Shown: in pieces, positions 1 through 6,316 of the stretch
Position numbering within the stretch: position 1 is the first letter of the stretch
Layout of the letters: each line of letters starts with the position of its first letter
IMG/VR virus record: IMGVR_UViG_3300038566_000168
Location: 1-27,940 of that record
Source of the DNA: a virus
Taxonomy: Duplodnaviria; Caudoviricetes
Length of the DNA stretch: 27,940 nt
Reading direction: 5' to 3' (one strand)
Translations under genes and position numbers: made by a program
The notes under the pieces: model-generated
Told to the model about the DNA's origin: nothing
Databases searched by the model: none
The model's input: only the letters and a program-made list of their open reading frames with translations

Positions 1-17
1 GTTTCCCAGTCACGATC
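1..17 (+). other. Random-amplification (Round A/B, SISPA-type) primer remnant
   Basis: GTTTCCCAGTCACGATC at 1-17, with its exact reverse complement at 27924-27940. Matches the widely used primer-B sequence. Confidence 0.93.
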
Positions 18-447
18 CTGGTCCAGGATCGTATTTCAGCGAGAATTGTACGTGCTTACGAATGCACCATTGCGTAGACGCTTCATCGAAGAGCATATGC
101 AAATCGATCATGCAAAAGAACGTGTCGCTTTTCTCGTCCGCTCACATCGCCTTGAAGGCTTCGGTGACCGGGATTTTTTGTCGGTCGGAATTCAGTGGAT
201 CAAGAGGATTGAAGGCTTCGGCCCGCTCATCCGTCAAGTCGAGTTTGTTGAAAGACGACCAGCCGTTTTCCAAGGTGTGCAATCGAAACTGCCGATCCTC
301 AGAAGAGGCTAGGCTATAAACCTCATCGACGACGCGGTAAACCTCGCTTTCGGGGCATCGAATGCAGATAACCCCAATCGATGCGTTAACGGCGATAGTC
401 AGTTCGCGGGCGAGCTTGTCGCTCGACGTTAGTTCGGTATTAGACAT
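18..447 (-). CDS. N-terminal part of a probable Ycf46-like AAA+ ATPase; in-frame TGA at 142-144; runs into the contig end
   Basis: Start ...ELTIAVNASIGVICIRCPESEVYRVV resembles the Ycf46 N-domain. The frame stays open after the TGA (ADEKSDTFFCMIDLHMLFDEASTQWCIRK), resembling the family's hhhhxDhH..hD...hR segment. Walker motifs are outside the window. Confidence 0.5.
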
Positions 448-473
448 ATTATGGATACCCCGTTTCCATGGCT

Positions 474-487
474 TGCAATCGATTGTA
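474..487. promoter_or_regulatory. 14-bp palindromic motif copy (TGCAATCGATTGTA)
   Basis: Lies 26 nt upstream of the ATG at 447. On the minus strand it reads TGC-TACAAT, an extended -10-like element. Confidence 0.8.
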
Positions 488-507
488 GCACGCGGAACAT
501 AGCCGCG

Positions 508-582
508 AAATAGAAAAGCGCGAGACTACCATTACAGCAGCCCCGCGCTCTGGTAACCCGGTTTCCCGGCATCACACACCTC
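508..582 (-). ncRNA. Candidate ~75-nt small RNA or attenuated leader
   Basis: Downstream of a TTGACA-N17-TATCAA promoter. Contains a CCGG-GAAA-CCGG hairpin (558-569) and a 13-bp stem (517-549) followed by UUUCUAUUU. Confidence 0.45.
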
Positions 583-586
583 GTAC

Positions 587-615
587 TTGATACAGTAAAG
601 AAAAGAGCCTGTCAA
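587..615 (-). promoter_or_regulatory. Sigma70-like promoter
   Basis: TTGACA (615-610), 17-nt spacer, TATCAA (592-587). Overlaps an imperfect inverted repeat ACAGTAAA...TTTACTGT (592-645). Confidence 0.6.
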
Positions 616-648
616 CTAGGGTCAACGTCTTTTTACATTTACTGTCCA

Positions 649-945
649 TTATTTTGTCGGAAAACTCGTTAAAGTTTTCATGTCGAACCCTGTAGCATTG
701 TAATTGTGCATCTGCCCCGTGTCCAAGTCGATAGCGCGAAGATATAGGCAGCTTCCAACGTACCCGTCAGACACGCCATACCATAGGCCGATGGGGGAGA
801 GACGCACCGAAAGCGTATCGCCTGTTCTATTCGTGTACTCCCCCATTAACCCGAAGGGGGCTTTGAGCCGGATAAGAAGGTTGGCTAACTCAAATTGCTC
901 GGCGGTGGTCAGCTTTTCTGGGGGTTTGTGTGTGTCGGTGGGCAT
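649..945 (-). CDS. Hypothetical protein, 98 aa (MPTDTHKPPEK...)
   Basis: ATG at 945 with a GAGG RBS at 953-956. The longer 1137 start runs through a promoter and terminator and is unlikely. Confidence 0.65.
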   Translation of the reverse strand: MPTDTHKPPEKLTTAEQFELANLLIRLKAPFGLMGEYTNRTGDTLSVRLSPIGLWYGVSDGYVGSCLYLRAIDLDTGQMHNYNATGFDMKTLTSFPTK

Positions 946-962
946 TCTATTACCTCGCTGAA

Positions 963-1084
963 TTAAAAAGCCAGACCGAGCGCCCATTTGTGCAAACAAC
1001 GGAGCAGCGCTCGATCTGGCTAATCGGGGTATCCAAGTCCCGAAGTGCTTAGGGGATGGGTCGGTAACGCCCCCGCAGCAAGTG
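963..1084 (-). ncRNA. Candidate ~120-nt structured RNA or attenuator leader
   Basis: Three predicted stems. The last is a 15-bp stem (969-983/1007-1021, one G-U pair on the minus strand) followed by a U tract. A promoter lies just upstream. Confidence 0.5.
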
Positions 1085-1090
1085 AATATA

Positions 1091-1119
1091 GGTATAGAGT
1101 ATAGTTCTTTAGCGCGCAA
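1091..1119 (-). promoter_or_regulatory. Sigma70-like promoter
   Basis: TTGCGC (1119-1114), 17-nt spacer, TATACC (1096-1091), immediately downstream of a strong terminator. Confidence 0.5.
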
Positions 1120-1137
1120 TAGGATTATTCTACCCAT

Positions 1138-1164
1138 AAAAAAAGGCGACCGAAGCCGCCCTTT
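1138..1164 (-). terminator. Rho-independent terminator
   Basis: GGCGGC-UUCG-GUCGCC followed by U7, after the 270-aa gene. Confidence 0.9.
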
Positions 1165-1185
1165 AAGTTTATCGGTAAGAGGCTA

Positions 1186-1998
1186 CTAGGCCCCGCCACC
1201 TGCGGAAGTTGCCACTTCAAGCTTGGCCCCACGCGGAGCTTCGGAAGAGGCAGCAACAACAGTCGGAACAGGGGCGGAGAGTGCAATGAGCGAATTCACA
1301 GCGTCGGCAAGGGTGGACAGGTTGTCTTTGATCGCCGCCATTGCAAAGCGGAACTGCGTTTCATCCACAGTGGCAGCAGACGAGGTAAGCGCCGCGAGGC
1401 CATCGACGGTAATGTCATAGGTGTAGATCAACCCGTCCGCCGTTGTAACCTCGAAGACACCACCTGAGTTGTCTTCGATGGTCGGCAGGCCGACTGCAAC
1501 CAACAAACGGTTCGTAAGCGCTGCGAGGGCGGAGATATTGTTGCGGATAGCGACAAGCCACTCGTTCGCACCGGAAGCGCTGACAAGTAGGGCGGACGCC
1601 TGCGCGACGGCGGTGTACGCTGACATGGTCCCGGTGATCGAGCCGCCAGCCGTGGACATATCGGCGGTGATGGTGCCGGGGAGTACTGCAACCGAAAGCG
1701 AATTCAGCACAGAGGCGATTTCATCGTGACGTTGGACGACTTCACCAAAGTACGTGGTCGCCGCAGCAGTCGCGATACCGTCGGTGGAATCCGACACGTC
1801 AATCGTGGGGATGAAAGAGAGCGCATCGGATGCGTTACCACCCGTCGAGTCCGTCAATTCAGTCGAGTTTGCGGTTACCTCGGCGACGATCCGGTTGATC
1901 GAGTTTTCCTGTGCGAGCTTGAAGACGGCAAGGGCAAGGACAGCCGACGACGAGGATGGGGTCACTGCCACTGCATGATTTACGAGTGTCTTACGCAT
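1186..1998 (-). CDS. Ala/Thr-rich probable virion fibre or decoration protein with three internal repeats, 270 aa
   Basis: LTDSTGG and IEDNSGG motifs, plus three helices of the form ..N.S.LA...N.L. Strong RBS (GAAAGGAAA) and its own terminator. Confidence 0.55.
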   Translation of the reverse strand: MRKTLVNHAVAVTPSSSSAVLALAVFKLAQENSINRIVAEVTANSTELTDSTGGNASDALSFIPTIDVSDSTDGIATAAATTYFGEVVQRHDEIASVLNSLSVAVLPGTITADMSTAGGSITGTMSAYTAVAQASALLVSASGANEWLVAIRNNISALAALTNRLLVAVGLPTIEDNSGGVFEVTTADGLIYTYDITVDGLAALTSSAATVDETQFRFAMAAIKDNLSTLADAVNSLIALSAPVPTVVAASSEAPRGAKLEVATSAGGGA

Positions 1999-2059
1999 GG
2001 TATTTCCTTTCGGTTCTGGGTTACACTACGCCATTTAAGGTTTCGTGCGGTTAGTATAG

Positions 2060-2073
2060 TGCAATCGATTGCA
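2060..2073. promoter_or_regulatory. 14-bp perfect palindrome TGCAATCGATTGCA
   Basis: Intergenic, 61 nt upstream of the ATG at 1998. Sits directly before a TATACT -10-like hexamer on the minus strand. Confidence 0.8.
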
Positions 2074-2098
2074 AGAGGCCACCTTTTTATGTGTGGTA

Positions 2099-3133
2099 CT
2101 ACGTCTCGTAAAGCATCACGCTGAGCTTTTCTGCGGCCCCGTCATTGTAAGCGCCGTCATGACGGAAAAACTCAAGGATCAAATCGATACCAGTGGTATC
2201 CGACGGGACTGCCCTATCGAGTTCAACGTAGGCTAGTTCTGCGTTTGCCATGGATACCTCACCAGTTTTTTCTTCTGGATTTGTGGTACCATTATTGAAG
2301 CGTAGCCCGAAACTGACAGCATCACCGACATTGGCCCGAAGTATTGATCCCCTAAAGATTGCGCGCACGTTTCCTGTCGCAATCTTACTGAGCCATGTTG
2401 CTGATATGGTTGGCGTGTACTCAGCATGGGCGTAGGTGTTTGACGCGCCACCAACGAAGTAATCAACATCGGCCCATTCCCAATCGTCAGCATCGGCGTA
2501 AGTACGTACTGAAAAATTGCCAGATAGTACGGTCCATCCGGTAATGTCCGCATTAAGTTTAGCATACAGCACCACTGCGTCCGTATTCGGTGTAACAGTC
2601 TCTAACGTCAGTGTTGATGCAATGTCACGAACATAGGCGCTAAGTTCACTTCCGCTAAACCTCGCCCCATGCCAGCCGATTTTTACAGATCGCGCGCCGG
2701 GTGGTACAATAGTGCTTGGCACTGAAATGGTTACAGGGGTCGAGGGGTTTTCGGTGGGGGTGTGGACATGCCCTAGGAACCCGGATGAGACGTCATAGAA
2801 TTCGATGAACGCCGCCACATCATCGTCATCCGTGTACGTTTGGATATAGTGCTCTATGGATATACGCCCATTGCCATTATCAATCTCAGGGAAATAGGAG
2901 GCGGGGATTGCGAACGACTGATACATACGCGAACGTTCTGTTGTATCCGACGTAATCCAGTATGTCGTATCCGTAGGCCATTGGTACAGGTTACCAACGT
3001 CAACGGTCCAATCAGCCGCATCGCCAGTATCCGCGCGAATGCTCAATAACGGAAAATCGTAGGACGCAGGCGGCGGCGTCAGGGATAGCCGCAGAGACGA
3101 AGCAACAACCCCTAGATGACTTAGCATACTCAT
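2099..3133 (-). CDS. Probable fibre-tip adhesin / receptor-binding protein with two galactose-binding-like (FBA-type) beta-sandwich domains, 344 aa
   Basis: Internal duplication (EIDNGN...VPPGARSV / KIATGN...VPSDTTGI). Short N-terminal LGVVASS peptide. ATGA overlap with the upstream fibre gene. Confidence 0.6.
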   Translation of the reverse strand: MSMLSHLGVVASSLRLSLTPPPASYDFPLLSIRADTGDAADWTVDVGNLYQWPTDTTYWITSDTTERSRMYQSFAIPASYFPEIDNGNGRISIEHYIQTYTDDDDVAAFIEFYDVSSGFLGHVHTPTENPSTPVTISVPSTIVPPGARSVKIGWHGARFSGSELSAYVRDIASTLTLETVTPNTDAVVLYAKLNADITGWTVLSGNFSVRTYADADDWEWADVDYFVGGASNTYAHAEYTPTISATWLSKIATGNVRAIFRGSILRANVGDAVSFGLRFNNGTTNPEEKTGEVSMANAELAYVELDRAVPSDTTGIDLILEFFRHDGAYNDGAAEKLSVMLYET

Positions 3134-3678
3134 TCAATGTCTCCGATCAGGATATAATTATCGGTCCCATCAGGTAGGAGCATGGCGGATGAGTACTGCG
3201 CGCGTAGACTGAGAGCGCCGCCCGCTGAGTTGATGGTAACACCAGCGCCAGCCACAAAGGTAACGGTCCCTGCGGCGATGCGGATAACCGTAAGTATCTC
3301 TGTACCCGTAAGCCCAGAATTAACGGTAAGCGTCATGGCGGAAGCACTACCCGCACGCAACACCTTGTTTCCATCGAAATCCCCGTTAACCAGATCACGG
3401 TTCGCCGCCGCATCCGTTACAAGGGCAATCGCGGGGGCGGAAGCCGTTACCGTTCCCCATACCACCCCATCCTCAGTCGCATTTACGACAAGAGCCTTTC
3501 CGGTATTCCCAGCAAAGTCTGGGAAGGTAGTCGAAGGGGCGTCAACTAGCTCTAGGGCAGTTCCGTCCTCATTAACGACGACGTATTTCCCGGCCACAAG
3601 GGTAGCAGGGGCATCGGTAAGTTCGGTGAACAGCGTAGCCGGGAGTCTGCCCGGTGATCCAAACGAAAAAGCGGGCAT
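3130..3678 (-). CDS. Short fibre protein (shaft repeats plus C-terminal adapter domain)
   Basis: Two AGKYVVVNEDGTALE / TGKALVVNATEDGVV repeats. C-terminus VTFVAGAGVTINS...QYSSAML...YILIGDI is typical of phage fibre ends. AGGAGG RBS before the ATG at 3678. Confidence 0.7.
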   Translation of the reverse strand: MPAFSFGSPGRLPATLFTELTDAPATLVAGKYVVVNEDGTALELVDAPSTTFPDFAGNTGKALVVNATEDGVVWGTVTASAPAIALVTDAAANRDLVNGDFDGNKVLRAGSASAMTLTVNSGLTGTEILTVIRIAAGTVTFVAGAGVTINSAGGALSLRAQYSSAMLLPDGTDNYILIGDIE

Positions 3679-3727
3679 TGTCACCCCTCCTATTTATTGA
3701 GGTAGCGGGGATAGCCCCCGCTATTAA

Positions 3728-3973
3728 TTATGCAGACAGGGCAGCAACGGTAACGGGGGATGAAGACCCGCGCGCGCGTGCATACAGATTGTCCGTGCCA
3801 GCGTTCAATGTGACGGTATCCCCGCGATCAAGGATGAAGTCATTATCACCAAACAGGTCATCGGCGCTTGGCAGCGCGGCAGCAGACCGCAATAACACGG
3901 CACACCCGCCGTTAGCTTGGAGGGTAAACGACCCCGTACCAATCAGTGTCCATGCGTCTTTCGAGATATTCAT
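3728..3973 (-). CDS. Small all-beta virion protein, possible spike/fibre base, 81 aa
   Basis: AAAGG RBS. Beta-strand pattern (LDRGDTVTL...LYARA...VTV). Followed by an 8-bp hairpin at 3703-3723. Confidence 0.55.
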   Translation of the reverse strand: MNISKDAWTLIGTGSFTLQANGGCAVLLRSAAALPSADDLFGDNDFILDRGDTVTLNAGTDNLYARARGSSSPVTVAALSA

Positions 3974-4270
3974 TTACTTTCCTTTCGTGTTTACGGGTTT
4001 CGCGTATGCGTATTCCCTTACTGCGTCCAGTTTAGCAGAAGTGCAGGCGTTTGCGAACTTCTCTGTTGCGGCGGCTACCGCGAAGGTTTCCTCTATACGA
4101 GGTGTCGGGCCAGAGTAGCCGGGGCATGGCGTTAGGTCCAGCGTTTTAAGCGCTTCCCTATTTTCGACATAGATGATTTTAGGGCCACAAGCGCTTAGCA
4201 GCGTTAGACAGATAAGGGCTAAGCTCTTTATCGCCGTTCGGTTCGACGCGTATCTGTCCAAGCACCGCAT
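3974..4270 (-). CDS. o-spanin (Rz1-like lipoprotein)
   Basis: Lipobox LLSAC, Pro-rich segment with Cys (LTPCPG), GAGGA RBS. Overlaps the 3' end of the i-spanin in another frame. Confidence 0.8.
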   Translation of the reverse strand: MRCLDRYASNRTAIKSLALICLTLLSACGPKIIYVENREALKTLDLTPCPGYSGPTPRIEETFAVAAATEKFANACTSAKLDAVREYAYAKPVNTKGK

Positions 4271-4499
4271 TTTGTTCTTCCTCTATTTGCTTCTTTCGTG
4301 CGTCCTGTACCTTACGAAGCGCCGCCGTTTCCTTGTATCCGTCTAGCAAAGTCTGGGTGGCCCCTAGCTCCGCCGTTAAATTGCTATTACTGAGCGATAG
4401 GTTATGAATTTTGCGTTGCTGGAAATAGGCATAAGCCGCCGCTGCGATAAGCAGGGCGACCAGTGCGGTGATTAGGTATTTTTGTATCGTGCTGATCAT
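4179..4499 (-). CDS. i-spanin (Rz-like)
   Basis: N-terminal TM helix (YLITALVALLIAAAAYAYF) followed by a coiled coil. Overlaps the lipoprotein gene. Confidence 0.8.
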   Translation of the reverse strand: MISTIQKYLITALVALLIAAAAYAYFQQRKIHNLSLSNSNLTAELGATQTLLDGYKETAALRKVQDARKKQIEEEQNAVLGQIRVEPNGDKELSPYLSNAAKRLWP

Positions 4500-4503
4500 G
4501 GCT

Positions 4504-4517
4504 TGCAATCGATTGTA
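4504..4517. promoter_or_regulatory. 14-bp palindromic motif copy (TGCAATCGATTGTA)
   Basis: Fills most of the 23-nt gap before the i-spanin ATG. Confidence 0.8.
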
Positions 4518-4522
4518 AAACC

Positions 4523-5005
4523 TTACTCTCTGCTTTCAGGTGTGCATTCCTTACGCCCTATACGAAGGACGGGGCATAGCAACCTGTACATAAGAGTATG
4601 CTTGTTCGGGTAGAAGGGCATGAGCATCGGCGACCAGTGAGCGCGCTCGTCAATCGGGAGAGCGCGATACCTTGCGTAGAAATGCATGTAGACGACGGTG
4701 GACGCCGATACCCTCCACCAGAGCCGAACAGCGGCGGCTAGTGGGTTATCGACGATTGGCAGGTTGAACGTATCAAAGATAACGAGGATACCAACGATAA
4801 ACGCATTGATGGCAAACCCGCAGATGATAGCTAGCGCCAGCCAGACCGCAGCGGTACGGCGTGTCTTATCGAGCACTTGCCGTAAGGTCGGCATAAACCC
4901 TAGGACGCCCCAGATAGATACTATGAAAAAGATAACCCCCGATACTGGTAGCGCAATATGGAAGAACACCTCAAGGGTATCCTGCAACGTTTCAATGTTC
5001 ATCAT
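4523..5005 (-). CDS. Multi-pass membrane protein (about 3 TM), possible holin or antiholin
   Basis: Hydrophobic segments FFHIALPVSGVIFFIVSIWGVLGF and VWLALAIICGFAINAFIVGILVIF. Located in the lysis cassette. Confidence 0.55.
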   Translation of the reverse strand: MMNIETLQDTLEVFFHIALPVSGVIFFIVSIWGVLGFMPTLRQVLDKTRRTAAVWLALAIICGFAINAFIVGILVIFDTFNLPIVDNPLAAAVRLWWRVSASTVVYMHFYARYRALPIDERAHWSPMLMPFYPNKHTLMYRLLCPVLRIGRKECTPESRE

Positions 5006-5183
5006 TCTTAGCCCCTTTTGTTGCAAGCTCGTTTAGTGTGGCCTGCAACAATTTCTCAACGTGTGCGAACTCCCCTTCGATACGTTGTTTATGTTTTTTT
5101 GTGTTGGCGATTAGCTCTTTCGCCTCTTCCGGTCGGTCGAGACGGCGGGATAGCATCTTATGGAAAATGTTGATTTGCATCAC
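4992..5183 (-). CDS. Small helical hypothetical protein, 63 aa
   Basis: Overlaps both neighbouring genes (translational coupling); coiled-coil character. Confidence 0.6.
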   Translation of the reverse strand: MMQINIFHKMLSRRLDRPEEAKELIANTKKHKQRIEGEFAHVEKLLQATLNELATKGAKNDEH

Positions 5184-5422
5184 GGCATTCTCCTGAGATT
5201 TTCCCGCACCTGCTCAAGAACTACCGTGAATTGCGTCAGAGTAGTATTGAACTGCTCGGTTAATGCCTTGTAATCCCCGCTAACGGACTCAAGGTCTTTT
5301 CTTGCTTGTTCGTCCTTTTTAGGTGACACATAGTAGCGTTCAACAAGGTACAGCAACCAGCCTAGGCCGAGAATTCCATACGCAAATATGCTGTCCGCTG
5401 CCTTAGCGATAACTTGATCCAT
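5180..5422 (-). CDS. Holin-like single-TM protein (BhlA/UviB-like architecture), 80 aa
   Basis: One TM helix (IFAYGILGLGWLLYLV) then a coiled coil. First gene of the lysis cassette. Confidence 0.55.
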   Translation of the reverse strand: MDQVIAKAADSIFAYGILGLGWLLYLVERYYVSPKKDEQARKDLESVSGDYKALTEQFNTTLTQFTVVLEQVRENLRRMP

Positions 5423-5526
5423 GGGGTACCCATTGCGGTGCGTGGTTTACGGGTAAAATGGGGTATATCTAGCTAGGAATGGATTACCCGTACAATATAG
5501 AATTATACGGGCTGTTTCAAGGCATC

Positions 5527-6315
5527 TTATTGATCGACCACCATTGCCCCGTTAAGGGCAAACACGATTCCCTTAATTGTCGTATCAGCGACCGCAGGAG
5601 CGTTAACGGTCAGTACATCGCCAGCCGTTATGTTGATCTGCGCAGAGGCCGTGGTGGTGAAAGTATAGGCCCCGCCCATGCTGATAGTGATGGTGCCAAT
5701 CTCTGTTGCACCGTTCTTGACTGACATGACAAAAGAGGCGGCAGGATTGGTATCGACAATCCCTAGGCTACCCGCAAAGTCCGACATAAATGTTGCATCA
5801 TGCCTTACCAGAAACTTTGCGATTACCTCATCCGCGACCGGAGTTGCGTAGAAGGAAACATCGTAGCTTTCATGCTGAATAATCGACGGCACGCTGAATG
5901 CCTTGCTCATATCGATAATATCAGTCCCGTCGCAATAGCAAATCAGGAATGCCCCGCCCTCGACGATAAAGCCAACGCTCCCCGCATGGTCCGTTTTGAC
6001 AGTCGCCGCATAAGAGGACTCGTTACGGATAAAGAACAGGTGCTTATGCTGCGGGTGGATGACATTGAAGCTCGCCGTCGCATCGGCGCTAAGCACCATG
6101 TAGATGCAGCGCAGTGCTTGTCGGGACGTCAGGTCGTTTGTATCGTCGTAATCAAGCACAAGATCATACCCGGTCGTGTCCGCCGCCGTAGTATCGACCT
6201 CGTACATATCCGCGATGGCTTGCTCAAGCTGAGATACGGCAAGGTTTACCGCTAAAGCTTTCTGTGACTGACTTTCTGTAATCTGGAAGATTTGCAGTAG
6301 CGAAGACGTACTCAT
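5527..6315 (-). CDS. Tail fibre / baseplate-attached protein with DUF2793-like N-terminus
   Basis: N-terminus ITESQSQKALAVNLAVSQLE resembles the QAQK.V..NEA motif. Beta-rich C-terminal domain. ATG at 6315 directly follows the upstream stop. Confidence 0.65.
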   Translation of the reverse strand: MSTSSLLQIFQITESQSQKALAVNLAVSQLEQAIADMYEVDTTAADTTGYDLVLDYDDTNDLTSRQALRCIYMVLSADATASFNVIHPQHKHLFFIRNESSYAATVKTDHAGSVGFIVEGGAFLICYCDGTDIIDMSKAFSVPSIIQHESYDVSFYATPVADEVIAKFLVRHDATFMSDFAGSLGIVDTNPAASFVMSVKNGATEIGTITISMGGAYTFTTTASAQINITAGDVLTVNAPAVADTTIKGIVFALNGAMVVDQ

Positions 6316-6316
6316 A

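Noticed and set aside
12-32. Perfect inverted repeat ACGATCCTGG-T-CCAGGATCGT
   Set aside because: It overlaps the primer and its random 9-mer; probably a library artefact.
142-144. TGA reassignment (alternative genetic code)
   Set aside because: TGA terminates several genes, including ATGA-coupled pairs, and the long genes are intact in code 11.
946-1137. N-terminal 64 aa of the 162-aa ORF 649..1137
   Set aside because: No RBS, and it crosses a promoter and a terminator-like hairpin. A better start is at 945.
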